From Desulfurella sp. (GTDB lineage: Bacteria; Campylobacterota_A; Desulfurellia; Desulfurellales; Desulfurellaceae): a stretch of DNA of 18,465 nt. Below, piece by piece: positions 1 to 9,618 of this stretch. The translations under genes and the position numbers were made by a program. Where the stretch lies: NCBI GenBank assembly GCA_031960885.1, contig JAVRLY010000026.1, forward strand, positions 1-18,465, written 5' to 3'. Within the stretch, counting starts at the first letter, position 1. Each line of letters starts with the position of its first letter. Under the pieces are notes generated by a model, which was not told the DNA's origin, made no database searches, and saw only the letters and a program-made list of their open reading frames with translations.

Positions 1-335
1 TTTTGTGTGCCTCGAATAATTTTCGCTACGCTTTTATCAGCTTCTACAGATACTACTTGGGCATAGGCTCTGCCACTTTTTAATTCGACGCTTTTTTGTG
101 TAGTAGGATCAATAAACTTGCCTAAGTTTTTGTATATATAAACAAGCTCTCCTTTCATTACACCATCTTTTGAGCCTTTATCTAAGACAATAGTGCCATT
201 TTCAACACTTAAAACCTTTCCTTTTTCTGTGACCAATTTAGAAGATAATTCTTTTGCAAAATCTTCGCCTACATCAGCATGTGCAAAATTTACAAACAGC
301 AAAATAGCAAAACACACAAATAAAAATTTTTTCAT
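1..335 (-). CDS. Secreted protein with FlgT C-terminal-like beta domain (runs off the window; not in ORF track)
   Basis: ATG at 335 overlaps the valS TGA (ATGA). Frame is open to the window edge: MKKFLFVCFAILLFVNFAHA|DVGEDFAKELSSKLVTEKGKVLSVENGTIVLDKGSKDGVMKGELVYIYKNLGKFIDPTTQKSVELKSGRAYAQVVSVEADKSVAKIIRG. It has a Sec signal peptide with an AxA site; the GKVxxV..DxGxxDG...DPxT...VxxV...SxA pattern resembles FlgT_C-type domains (domain call by eye). Confidence 0.75.
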   Translation of the reverse strand, partial: MKKFLFVCFAILLFVNFAHADVGEDFAKELSSKLVTEKGKVLSVENGTIVLDKGSKDGVMKGELVYIYKNLGKFIDPTTQKSVELKSGRAYAQVVSVEADKSVAKIIRGTQ

Positions 336-2935
336 AAAACGCTCTCTAATTGCTCAATTCTTTTTCTTGAGACTTCTCTTATTGAAATAGCCTCTTGAAG
401 TTCTTGTTTATTTTTATCAATAAGTTCTTTTGGAGCTTTAGAAACAAACTCTTCATTGCGTAACCTTTTATTTAGAAAATCGATAGAAGCTTGAGCTTTT
501 TCTACAACCTTCTTTAATCTCACGATCTCGCCTTCAACATCAACATTTTCTGCTTCTAAAAACACATCGCCATACTTAGTTGGCTGTATAAAACTTTTTG
601 GCACATCTTTATCAATTATAGATAATTCACTGGCATTTGCAAGCAATAATATGTATTTTTTGTAATTTTGGACAATATCGCGAGTTTCTTGATTTAGTGG
701 CTTAAAGTAGAAATGCAGCTTTTTGTTTGTAGGTATTGAATTCTCACTTCTTAAAACTCTCATTGATTTGATAAGCTCTATCAAACACTCAAACTCATTT
801 TCAATTTCAGCATTTTCGTTCTTGGGTGTTGGGAAACTTGCTATCATGATAGATTTTGCCGATTTCAAAGGTAGTTTTTGCCACAAAAATTCGCTTATAA
901 AAGGCGCAAATGGGTGCAATAGCCTAAGTATTTGCTCAAACACTTCAAGTAAAGTTTGCTTGGTCTCATCGCTAAACTCGTCTTTATTTATATGAGCTTT
1001 GCTCATCTCTATGTAATAATCGCAAAATTCATGCCATACAAATTGGTACAAGGTTTCTGCCGCTTCATTGAATTTGTACTCATCCAAACTTTGCACCAAT
1101 TGGTTAGTTGATTTTGTAAGTCTAGATTTAATCCATACGCTTGCGCTTGAGTATGTGGTTATGCGATTGTTTGGCGAAAAATCTTTCGTGTTTATTTCAA
1201 TAAACCTATAAGCGTTCCATATTTTATTCATAAATCGTCTGTATGATTCTATTTGTTCATAGGATAGCTTGATATCTCTACCTTGCGCTGCAAGTATAGC
1301 AAGCGTAAATCTCAAAGAATCTGCACCGTATTTATCAATAACTTCTAATGGGTCTATAACATTGCCCTTTGTTTTGCTCATTTTCTGACCAAATTTATCG
1401 CGCACAAGTGCATGAATATAAACATCTCTAAATGGCACATCGTTCATAAAAAACATGCCCATCATTATCATTCTTGCTACCCAAAAGAAAATGATATCAA
1501 AACCTGTAACAAGCAAATCGGTTGGGTAAAATTTCTTTAAATCTTGCGTTACATCTGGCCAGCCCAGTGTAGAAAACGGCCACAAAGCAGATGAAAACCA
1601 AGTATCTAAAACATCGGTTTCTTGAACAAGCTCGCCAGAACACTTAGGGCACGTTTTGATATTTTGTTCGCTTACAAAAACTTCATTACATTGTTTGCAC
1701 ACATAAGCTGGTATCCTATGACCCCACCAAATCTGTCTTGATATGCACCAATCTCTAATATTGTCCATCCATTCAAAATACGTTTTTTCCCAATGCTTTG
1801 GTATAAATTTAATCCTACCATCCAATACAACTTCTTTAGCTTTTTTTGCCAATTCTTTGGTTTTTACAAACCATTGTTTTGAAATATATGGTTCAATTAC
1901 TGTATTGCAACGATAACAATGTCCTACTGAATGAACATAGTCTTCTATTTTATAAATCAAATTTGCTTCTTTTAATTTTTCTATGGTGAGTTTTCTTGCT
2001 TCAAACCTGTCAATACCTTCAAAATCAAGCGCATTCTGCGTCATTTTGCCCCTATCATCAATTGCAATCACAATATCTAAATTGTGCCTTTTGCCTACTT
2101 CAAAATCGTTGCTATCGTGAGCTGGCGTAATTTTTACAACACCACTACCAAAACTTTCATCTACGTACTCATCTTCTATAACGGGAATTAGTCTGCCAAC
2201 TAGTGGTAATTTAACCTTTTTGCCTACAAGATGCTTGTATCTATCATCATGGGGGTTAAATGCAACAGCCGTATCACCAAATAATGTCTCTGGCCTTGTT
2301 GTAGCAACAACCAAAAACTCCTCAGCGTTTTCCAAAAAATATTTTAGATAATAAAGCTTGGAGTGCTCTTCTTTGTACTCTACTTCCAAATCTGATAAAG
2401 CGGTATGACAGCTTGGACACCAATTAATAATGTACTCACCCTGATAAATAAACCCTGCGTTATATAATTCAACAAACGCTTTTTTTACGGCTCTTGATAA
2501 GCCTTCATCCATTGTAAAGCGCAACCTAGAAAAATCGCAACTTGCACCTAAGCGTTTTATTTGGTCAATAATCCTATTGCCATAATTATTTTTCCACTCC
2601 CACACTTTCTCAATAAAGGCTTCTTTACCAATATCTTCTTTTTTAATGCCTTTTTTTGCCAAATCGCGCTCAACCATTGTTTGCGTTGCAATACCCGCAT
2701 GGTCTGTGCCAGGAATCCATAGCACACTGTAGCCTTGCATGCGCTTATAGCGCGCATAAATATCTTGCAATGTTTGATTTAAAGCGTGGCCAATATGTAA
2801 AGCTCCTGTTACATTAGGCGGTGGTATTACCATACAAAAAGGTTTGCCGTGCATGTTTACTTCTGGCTTAAACAAGCCGCTTTCTTCCCAGAACTTATAA
2901 ATATCTTTTTCAAAACTGCTATTGTAGCTATCCAT
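332..2935 (-). CDS. valS: Valine--tRNA ligase
   Basis: PPPNVTGALHIGH (HIGH), DHAGIATQ, ATTRPET editing domain, DWCISRQIWWGH, DVLDTWFSS, KMSKT (KMSKS-type), C-terminal coiled coil with FVSKAP. Confidence 0.99.
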   Translation of the reverse strand: MDSYNSSFEKDIYKFWEESGLFKPEVNMHGKPFCMVIPPPNVTGALHIGHALNQTLQDIYARYKRMQGYSVLWIPGTDHAGIATQTMVERDLAKKGIKKEDIGKEAFIEKVWEWKNNYGNRIIDQIKRLGASCDFSRLRFTMDEGLSRAVKKAFVELYNAGFIYQGEYIINWCPSCHTALSDLEVEYKEEHSKLYYLKYFLENAEEFLVVATTRPETLFGDTAVAFNPHDDRYKHLVGKKVKLPLVGRLIPVIEDEYVDESFGSGVVKITPAHDSNDFEVGKRHNLDIVIAIDDRGKMTQNALDFEGIDRFEARKLTIEKLKEANLIYKIEDYVHSVGHCYRCNTVIEPYISKQWFVKTKELAKKAKEVVLDGRIKFIPKHWEKTYFEWMDNIRDWCISRQIWWGHRIPAYVCKQCNEVFVSEQNIKTCPKCSGELVQETDVLDTWFSSALWPFSTLGWPDVTQDLKKFYPTDLLVTGFDIIFFWVARMIMMGMFFMNDVPFRDVYIHALVRDKFGQKMSKTKGNVIDPLEVIDKYGADSLRFTLAILAAQGRDIKLSYEQIESYRRFMNKIWNAYRFIEINTKDFSPNNRITTYSSASVWIKSRLTKSTNQLVQSLDEYKFNEAAETLYQFVWHEFCDYYIEMSKAHINKDEFSDETKQTLLEVFEQILRLLHPFAPFISEFLWQKLPLKSAKSIMIASFPTPKNENAEIENEFECLIELIKSMRVLRSENSIPTNKKLHFYFKPLNQETRDIVQNYKKYILLLANASELSIIDKDVPKSFIQPTKYGDVFLEAENVDVEGEIVRLKKVVEKAQASIDFLNKRLRNEEFVSKAPKELIDKNKQELQEAISIREVSRKRIEQLESVL

Positions 2936-2938
2936 ATT

Positions 2939-4474
2939 TTAAGAAACTCTCCTTTTGTAAAATATTTTTTTTGTTAATGTTTGTAATGTTTCGTTTATAT
3001 CGTCTTGTTTTTTGTGCTTGCAACATGCAAACCAAAAAGAAGGGTTTAGGCTTTTGTTAGCATCTTTGAAGCTTTTGTCCAATTCCAAAATATAGTTTGG
3101 CAACACATCCAACTCCAAATTTTTAATTACAACAATAAAAGAATCTCCGCCTATTCTAAAAAATTCACTATTTAGCTGAGCAAATGCATCCCTTATTAAC
3201 AAAGAGAAGCTCTTTATTAATGCATCACCAATGCTGCGTGAATACTCGATATTTATCGTTCTCATGTCACGCAAATCAAGCAATACAACCACAACATCTT
3301 CACTTAGATTGTGTGCAAATTTAGGCAAGTAATATTTAGAGTAAAAACCCGTTTCATAATCTATATAAAATACCATATTGCGCATCGTGTCAATATGCTC
3401 ACCACTAAGTCCAATTTCACGAGCTGTTTTTACAGATTCTTTTAAAACTTCAATGGATTTATGCAAAATATCCATATCAAGTTTCGTTTCAAACTCAGAT
3501 GTCATTATATTTATAGCTTGGCTAAAGCTTAGTGCTTTGCGGTATGGCCTATCTGTCGTTAATGCATCAAATATATCTGCAATTGTTAATATACGTGTTT
3601 CAATTGAAATCTCATCGCCTTTTGAACCTTTTGGGTACCCAGATCCATCCAAGTATTCATGATGAGATGCTATAATATTAATGATATCTTCAAAACCTTC
3701 GATATTATCAAGTATAAACTTAGAAAATTCTGGGTGTTTTTTTATAAAAGCGTACTCTTGTTCGGATAACTTAAATGGCTTAAGCAATATTGCATCAGGT
3801 ATGCCTACTTTGCCTATATCGTGCAATAAGGCTGCTTTGTCAATAATATCCACATTTGTCAAACCTAAATCTAAAGCTATATTTTTAGAGTAATGCGCCA
3901 CACGTTGCATATGGCCTTTTGTGTAAAAATCTCTGATTTCAGCCAGATTTGATAAAACTTTAAGCGTATTGTTTAATAACTTGTTTGTATTATTTAGTGC
4001 CTGCTTTGTTTTTTCTACGGAAAAAACATAATCGATTCTTAGTTTTGCAACATTTAAAAAACTCTCTAAATACTCTAAATCGCCAATATTATCAGATTCT
4101 CCAACAAAACATAATACTACTTTGGTGTTTTCAAAACATGTAAATTGTTTTATTATAATGCTGTCAGCATTCAACTCACTAAGAAGTTTAAAAAATAAAT
4201 GCTTTTTATCAATGCCATTAATGCTTACTACAAAACTTTCATCTGTTTTACTAAGCAATTTTTGATATTCAGCCAATAAACCAAAATCAAACTTTTTTAA
4301 CTTATTGTCAATAAAAATAGGCACAAGCTTCTTTTCTTCTTTGAGAAAAAAAGCAAAACATTTTATATTAAAAATCCTCTGTATTATAAATGCTGTTAGC
4401 CTTGCAATATCTTCAATGCTGGTGTACTTGTATATCCTTTTTGAAAATTCATTCAAATAAAGCAATTTTCTCAT
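2939..4474 (-). CDS. HD-GYP c-di-GMP phosphodiesterase with N-terminal GAF-like region and C-terminal degenerate GGDEF domain
   Basis: EIRDFYTKGH, LLHDIGK, HP, HHEYLDGSGYP, ADIFDALTTDRPYR. C-terminal DYETGF...LLD...IN...GDALI...RIGGDSF. Confidence 0.92.
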   Translation of the reverse strand: MRKLLYLNEFSKRIYKYTSIEDIARLTAFIIQRIFNIKCFAFFLKEEKKLVPIFIDNKLKKFDFGLLAEYQKLLSKTDESFVVSINGIDKKHLFFKLLSELNADSIIIKQFTCFENTKVVLCFVGESDNIGDLEYLESFLNVAKLRIDYVFSVEKTKQALNNTNKLLNNTLKVLSNLAEIRDFYTKGHMQRVAHYSKNIALDLGLTNVDIIDKAALLHDIGKVGIPDAILLKPFKLSEQEYAFIKKHPEFSKFILDNIEGFEDIINIIASHHEYLDGSGYPKGSKGDEISIETRILTIADIFDALTTDRPYRKALSFSQAINIMTSEFETKLDMDILHKSIEVLKESVKTAREIGLSGEHIDTMRNMVFYIDYETGFYSKYYLPKFAHNLSEDVVVVLLDLRDMRTINIEYSRSIGDALIKSFSLLIRDAFAQLNSEFFRIGGDSFIVVIKNLELDVLPNYILELDKSFKDANKSLNPSFWFACCKHKKQDDINETLQTLTKKIFYKRRVS

Positions 4475-5031
4475 TGAAAACTTCTTCCAATATCAAATGC
4501 CATTAAATTTATATCCACAATCTTTGGGTTGAGCAAATCGCCAATAGCCCTTTTAAAGTACTTTTCATCAATCTCAAGTAATTTTGAAAAATATCCAAGC
4601 ATAATCGTGTTAACAGCGTTTTTTAATATATTGTTTTTGAATGCTACTTCATTAAAATTTAAAACAATTTTTTCAAATGGGTACGACAAAAGCGATTGCG
4701 ATATAAATTTATCATCAACGCTTGCATTTACAATTGGCACAAGCCTATCATTAATTAAAGCTTTAGATGAGCTACTCAAATAATCCACATTGCGCAGTGC
4801 TTCCAACTTTTCTGTGGCAAACATAAAATCTACTGTGCCTTTTTCTGGCAAAAAAGAATATACCTTTTGGCCAAACACAATAAAAGCATTGACCGCTCCA
4901 CCCCTTTGACTCATGCCGTGAACTTCGCTTTTTTTCACATCAAAATTTGCCCTCATGAGCGCTTGAGCACAAATATTGCTTGCTGTTACTATGCCATCGC
5001 CACCTACACCGCAAAATATTATGCTTTTCAT
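4471..5031 (-). CDS. iorB: Indolepyruvate:ferredoxin oxidoreductase beta subunit
   Basis: GVGGDG N-terminus, SEVHGMSQRGG, NTIMLG, N-x-x-AF-x-x-G end; ATGA overlap with iorA. Confidence 0.93.
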   Translation of the reverse strand: MKSIIFCGVGGDGIVTASNICAQALMRANFDVKKSEVHGMSQRGGAVNAFIVFGQKVYSFLPEKGTVDFMFATEKLEALRNVDYLSSSSKALINDRLVPIVNASVDDKFISQSLLSYPFEKIVLNFNEVAFKNNILKNAVNTIMLGYFSKLLEIDEKYFKRAIGDLLNPKIVDINLMAFDIGRSFQ

Positions 5032-6776
5032 TTTTCACCTCTAACTATTGCCTCAGTGGGACACACATGTGCACAAACTGCACACCCGCTACACATATCT
5101 TCAATTATATAAGCTTTATTGTCTTGATAGCCAATTGCTGGACAACCAACACGCAAGCAGCGTTTGCAATCTACGCATTTGTTAGCTTCCACAAAAAACG
5201 GTGTGTCTTTGATTTTTTTTGGTGCAAGCACGCAGGGTCTTGTGGCAATTATAACGCTCAATTGTGGCGTATCTACCTCTTGTTCAATGATACGCTTGGT
5301 TGTTTCATAGTCATATTGGTCTACTTTAAAAACCCTTTCAATCCCAATGGAGCGCACCAATTTTTCCAAATCTAGTGCATTTGTTTTTTCGCCTTTGATA
5401 TTAAAACCGCTTATACCATCTGGTTGGCCGCCTGTCATTGCCGTTATTGAATTGTCAAGTATAATAACCGTATAGGCTATATTATTTATGTATGCATCAA
5501 TTAAAGGTTGCAAACCTGTGTGTAAAAATGTCGAATCACCTATTACTGAAACTATTTTGTGATTATCCAACGCATGCGCTAACCCATAGCCCATTGAAAT
5601 GCTAGCACCCATACAAACTGTAGTATGTATGCTAGATAGTGGCTGCAAAGCCGCAAGCGTATAGCAACCAATATCTCCACTTACATAAACCCTCAACGAA
5701 TGCAAAATGTCAAATATGGGTCTGTGTGGGCAACCAGGACACAAGACAGGTGGCCTTGGAGGCAAGTCTTTTGGCACTTCAAACAATGTTTTAGTAGTTT
5801 TTTCTAAAATTTCTGCTTTCTCTAAGCCTTTTCTTGCTATATCTAAGTTAAATTCACCATCTTGGGGAAAGAATTTTTTGCCTTCTACATTAAAACCACA
5901 CATTTTTAATTGCTCTTCAATGTAGGGCTCAAGCTCTTCAATAACAATTACTTTGCTTACTTTTTTAACAAAATCAATTGCAAGTCTATCTGGAAAAGGC
6001 CAACTCATACCTATTTTTAAAAACCACGCATCTGGCAATAGTTGCTTAGCATACAAATACGATACACCGCTTGTAATAATTCCAATATCAAGCGTCCCTT
6101 CTTCCACTCTATTTAGCTGCACTTCATTGGTAAATTTTTTTAATGCTTCATTTCTTTCAAGCAATCTTTTATGCCTTTGCATTGCATTTTTTGGCACAAG
6201 CACATACTTTGCAATATCTTTTGCAAGGAGCTTATTTTCAAACCCCCCGAGTTTATGCATGTCAAAAAAAACTACCTCAGATGTATGTGAAATTCGCGTT
6301 GTAGAGCGCAAAATCACTGGCGTATCAAACTGTTCGCTAATTGTAAATGCGTATTGCATAAAACCTAAAGCCTCTTTTGCATCAGATGGCTCAAGTATAG
6401 GCACTTGGGCGAATTTAGCAAATATCCTTGTATCCTGCTCGTTTTGAGAAGAATGCATACCCGGATCATCTGCTACTACAACTACAAAACCCCCATTAAC
6501 GCCAGTATAAGAGCTACTCATCAATGAATCTGCTGCAACATTTAAGCCCACATGCTTCATCGTAACAAAACTGCGTTTTCCCGCTATGCTTGCGCCTAAG
6601 GCTTGTTCATATGCACTTTTTTCATTTGAAGCCCATTGAATTTTTATATCTTCAAAAGCCTTTGCGTATTCTAATATCTCGCTTGATGGGGTTCCAGGAT
6701 AGCCACTGGCAAAACTTGCACCAGCTCTATAAGCTCCAATAGCAATTGCTTCATTGCCACTTATAATTTTTCTCAA
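5028..6776 (-). CDS. iorA: Indolepyruvate:ferredoxin oxidoreductase alpha subunit
   Basis: [54 protein letters not shown] motif GDSTF...LDN, C-terminal 2x[4Fe-4S] motifs ([21 protein letters not shown]). TTG start overlaps the queF stop. Confidence 0.97.
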   Translation of the reverse strand: MRKIISGNEAIAIGAYRAGASFASGYPGTPSSEILEYAKAFEDIKIQWASNEKSAYEQALGASIAGKRSFVTMKHVGLNVAADSLMSSSYTGVNGGFVVVVADDPGMHSSQNEQDTRIFAKFAQVPILEPSDAKEALGFMQYAFTISEQFDTPVILRSTTRISHTSEVVFFDMHKLGGFENKLLAKDIAKYVLVPKNAMQRHKRLLERNEALKKFTNEVQLNRVEEGTLDIGIITSGVSYLYAKQLLPDAWFLKIGMSWPFPDRLAIDFVKKVSKVIVIEELEPYIEEQLKMCGFNVEGKKFFPQDGEFNLDIARKGLEKAEILEKTTKTLFEVPKDLPPRPPVLCPGCPHRPIFDILHSLRVYVSGDIGCYTLAALQPLSSIHTTVCMGASISMGYGLAHALDNHKIVSVIGDSTFLHTGLQPLIDAYINNIAYTVIILDNSITAMTGGQPDGISGFNIKGEKTNALDLEKLVRSIGIERVFKVDQYDYETTKRIIEQEVDTPQLSVIIATRPCVLAPKKIKDTPFFVEANKCVDCKRCLRVGCPAIGYQDNKAYIIEDMCSGCAVCAHVCPTEAIVRGEK

Positions 6777-7153
6777 CTCAACTTACCCCCTTGCATTAAA
6801 GAGTCAATTTTTATAATGGTCTTAACATTTCCTCTTGGGTTAAAATCTCCAACAACTTCTAAATAATATGGCTCAAGTAAATTATGCAAAGCACTGTATA
6901 TTGCATTAATAGAGTCTTCATGCGAAATATATTTATTTCTAAAGCTATTTAAAAAAAGCTTTAGGCTTTTGAGTTCAACTACATATTTATTAGGTATATA
7001 CTTTATTTTAATTGTGGCAAAATCTGGATAACCACTGCGAGGGCACAAACATGTAAATTCGCTAAATTCTATGTTTATCTCAAATTTAAACTCGTTTTTA
7101 TTCTCCCATCTTTCCAATTGATTATTTAATATTGCTTCTTCGCCATATTTCAT
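6773..7153 (-). CDS. queF: NADPH-dependent preQ0 reductase QueF (short, unimodular type), 126 aa
   Basis: [15 protein letters not shown] (catalytic Cys/Asp), [15 protein letters not shown]. Start moved from 7192 to ATG 7153 (MKYGEE) because the longer start lies inside the PBP gene and on the predicted -35. Confidence 0.96.
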   Translation of the reverse strand: MKYGEEAILNNQLERWENKNEFKFEINIEFSEFTCLCPRSGYPDFATIKIKYIPNKYVVELKSLKLFLNSFRNKYISHEDSINAIYSALHNLLEPYYLEVVGDFNPRGNVKTIIKIDSLMQGGKLS

Positions 7154-7163
7154 ACCTAATCTG

Positions 7164-7192
7164 AGTATACTATAATTGGGAGTGTTTTTCAA
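7164..7192 (-). promoter_or_regulatory. Putative sigma70 promoter for the queF-ior-valS block
   Basis: TTGAAA (7192-7187), 17 nt spacer, TATACT (7169-7164); 10 nt upstream of queF ATG and overlapping the 3' end of the PBP gene. Confidence 0.65.
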
Positions 7193-9098
7193 ATTCTTTA
7201 GGTAAATGTAAAATTAATGGAAAATGCTCAACTGGTGTATCTAAAAGTGCCTTTTGCATGTAACTTAACCAAATAGGCAAAGCCATTGTTGCTCCGACTG
7301 CGTACGGTCCACAACGCTTATAATCGTCAAATCCTACCCAAACGCCTGTAGTTAATTGGGGTACAAAACCAATAAACCAATTATCTCTTGCATGATTTGA
7401 CGTGCCAGTTTTAGCCGCTATAGGCCTTTTTAATGCTTGTGCATATACACCTGTGCCTTCTTCAACAACTTTTTCCATCATCTTAGTTAAAATAAAACCT
7501 AAATCTTTTGGAAAAACCCTTTTTAGTTGTGGTCTTGCTTTATAAATAAGATGGCCAAATTTATCATAAACCTTTTTTACGAAGATGATTTTGGGCAATA
7601 AACCGTAATTATCTATGGCACAATATGCTCGCGTAAGTTGCTCTAGTGTCACTGAAGATGAACCAAGTGCGATAGTTAAATTATGTGGGATATTTTCTGT
7701 AATACCCAATTTTCTTGCATTAATTATTGCATTTTCTATGCCAATTCTATCTAATAATTTTACAGTTGCTACGTTTACAGAATGAGCAAGCGCATATTCT
7801 AATGTAATCGGGCCCCTAAATCTTAATGTATAATTTTGTGGTGCCCATACTTTATTTGCATATCTATACTCAATGGGCTCATCATTAATCTTATACCAGG
7901 GCATATAACCTTCTTCTAAAGCTGTAAGATAAATTATAGGCTTAAACGCACTACCTGGCTGTCTTTGAGCACAAGTTGCTCTATCGTATTGGGACTTTTT
8001 ATAACTATCTCCACCAATTAAGGCTTCCACATAACCATTATTTGGATTTATAGAGATTAAAGCAGCTTCTAGTTTATCAACATTATTTCCATAGTGTTTA
8101 ATAAGCCAGTTTCGAGCATTTACTACATAGTATGGAGCCTTATATTTTGTTGTGGTAAGTCTTAAAAGACCTTTTTTAACAGCCTCATAAGCAGCGGATT
8201 CTAACTTCATGTTTAATGTTGTATATACCTTTAAACCCCCATTGTATACAATATATTTTCCATAGTGTTTAATAAGCCAATTTTTAACATGCTGGACGAA
8301 ATACCCAGTTCCTTTTTTATAGCCGTATACGTATAATGAGCTTTTTTTTCTAAGTATAATTTTTGAATGCACTGCTTGCCAATACTGTTTTTTTGTAATA
8401 AACCTATCTTCATACATCCTATTCAACACATATAATGTTCTTTTTTCAGCAAGCATTGGGTTTTGATACGGATCATACAATGAGGGAGCTTGTACAAGAC
8501 CAGCAAGCATTGCTGCCTGAGGTATAGTTAGTTGATTAGCATTCTCGTTAAAATACGTTTTGCTTGCCATTTGTATGCCGTAGGCACCGTTTCCAAAATA
8601 TACAGTATTCAAGTAAAGCGTAAGAATTTGATTCTTTGTTAGGTATTTAGATATTTTATACGATAAAATAGCACCTTTTAACTTTCTATATAGCGTCTTT
8701 TTGGGATTCAAATAAAGATTTTTAATTAATTGCTGTGTAATGGTGCTACCTCCTTGTACAACACGACCATGTATTAAATCTTCCAGGGCTGCTCTTATTA
8801 TACTTCTAAAACTTATTGGTCCATGTTGGTAAAATCTCCTATCTTCTGCAGCCAATATAGCTTCTTTCATATTTAAATCAATTTGGTTAAAAGACACTGG
8901 CTGCCTCATTTGTGCCCCGATTACGGCTATGCATTGACTATTTTCAGCATATATTTTAGTTGGCTTAGAAAAAAAATCTTCATTTAACAACTCTTTGAAA
9001 GCTTCGTTTGTTTGCAAGTATAAGGAATATGCAAATGAACCTATACTTGCAAAAGCTAAAAAGAAAAACAAAAAAACGATAATTAGAATCTTTTTCAT
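7170..9098 (-). CDS. Class A penicillin-binding protein (PBP1A family, transglycosylase/transpeptidase)
   Basis: N-terminal TM anchor; GT51 motifs [31 protein letters not shown]; transpeptidase SxxK (GSAFK), SxN (HSVN), KTG. Confidence 0.96.
   Translation of the reverse strand: MKKILIIVFLFFFLAFASIGSFAYSLYLQTNEAFKELLNEDFFSKPTKIYAENSQCIAVIGAQMRQPVSFNQIDLNMKEAILAAEDRRFYQHGPISFRSIIRAALEDLIHGRVVQGGSTITQQLIKNLYLNPKKTLYRKLKGAILSYKISKYLTKNQILTLYLNTVYFGNGAYGIQMASKTYFNENANQLTIPQAAMLAGLVQAPSLYDPYQNPMLAEKRTLYVLNRMYEDRFITKKQYWQAVHSKIILRKKSSLYVYGYKKGTGYFVQHVKNWLIKHYGKYIVYNGGLKVYTTLNMKLESAAYEAVKKGLLRLTTTKYKAPYYVVNARNWLIKHYGNNVDKLEAALISINPNNGYVEALIGGDSYKKSQYDRATCAQRQPGSAFKPIIYLTALEEGYMPWYKINDEPIEYRYANKVWAPQNYTLRFRGPITLEYALAHSVNVATVKLLDRIGIENAIINARKLGITENIPHNLTIALGSSSVTLEQLTRAYCAIDNYGLLPKIIFVKKVYDKFGHLIYKARPQLKRVFPKDLGFILTKMMEKVVEEGTGVYAQALKRPIAAKTGTSNHARDNWFIGFVPQLTTGVWVGFDDYKRCGPYAVGATMALPIWLSYMQKALLDTPVEHFPLILHLPKEFEKHSQL
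8086..8279. repeat. 23-bp exact direct repeat inside the PBP gene
   Basis: tttccatagtgtttaataagcca at 8086-8108 and 8257-8279 (171 bp = 57 codons apart). Both copies are in frame, within a duplicated NWLIKHYG peptide. Confidence 0.95.
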
Positions 9099-9116
9099 GA
9101 CAATATATTCAATAAT

Positions 9117-9209
9117 TTATTTCTTTTTTAAAAATAAAAAAATTAAACCACCTGATAAAACAAAAAATATAATAACCCCAATGCCTATACTTAAAGGAGA
9201 ATTTTGCAT
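9117..9209 (-). CDS. 30-aa single-pass membrane microprotein (unannotated)
   Basis: AAGGAGG-CTAT-ATG; MQNSPLSIGIGVIIFFVLSGGLIFLFLKKK*; one hydrophobic helix plus a basic tail; stops 18 nt before the PBP ATG. Confidence 0.7.
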   Translation of the reverse strand: MQNSPLSIGIGVIIFFVLSGGLIFLFLKKK

Positions 9210-9292
9210 ATAGCCTCCTTCCGATATTGAATATAGAATAGAAGAAATAATAACAATAAAGCTATAGACGATATCAAACCAACTACATTCAC
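9191..9292 (-). CDS. 33-aa single-pass membrane microprotein (unannotated)
   Basis: AGGA-TTTAAA-GTG; MNVVGLISSIALLLLFLLFYIQYRKEAICKILL*; overlaps the next small ORF by 19 nt and contains its SD. Confidence 0.55.
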   Translation of the reverse strand: MNVVGLISSIALLLLFLLFYIQYRKEAICKILL

Positions 9293-9392
9293 TTTAAATC
9301 CTAATTTACAATAACACTTTAATTATCTCATTAAATTCTATAATTTTTTAAAATATAAACATGCTTTGCCTTATTTTTGAAAACCTAAAAAG

Positions 9393-9584
9393 TTAATCAT
9401 TTTTTTGATCTTTATCCTCTATAGCTTTAGTATCTTTTTCACTTTGTTTTTCTTCTTCTTTTAATGATTCTTTAAAATTTTTAATACCCTTTCCAATACC
9501 AGAGCCAATTTCAGGGAGTTTTTTGGCACCAAAAATTAGTGCAAATATTAAAACTACCACCATTATATGCCAATCGTCCAACAT
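9393..9584 (-). CDS. tatA: Twin-arginine translocase TatA/TatE subunit
   Basis: TM helix, FGAKKLPEIG hinge, GKGIKNFK amphipathic helix, charged tail; SD AAGGAGG. Confidence 0.95.
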   Translation of the reverse strand: MLDDWHIMVVVLIFALIFGAKKLPEIGSGIGKGIKNFKESLKEEEKQSEKDTKAIEDKDQKND

Positions 9585-9618
9585 GCTATTTCCTCCTTTT
9601 CAAACTACATTTGAATAC

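Noticed and set aside
1366..1384. KMSKT instead of KMSKS in ValS (likewise GVGGDG in IorB, AMLLNG in RibD)
   Set aside because: Minor substitutions within the variation expected for these families; other catalytic motifs are intact.
2936..2960. T-box leader for valS
   Set aside because: valS starts 3 nt after the upstream stop, so there is no leader.
7148..7176. Plus-strand TATAAT (7171-7176) as an antisense promoter into the PBP gene
   Set aside because: The -35 is poor, and such hexamers are frequent by chance in AT-rich DNA.
7154..7192. preQ1 riboswitch or 13-aa N-terminal extension of queF
   Set aside because: Only 16 nt separate the PBP stop from ATG 7153, with no stem plus A-rich tail; the extension overlaps the PBP gene and the predicted promoter.
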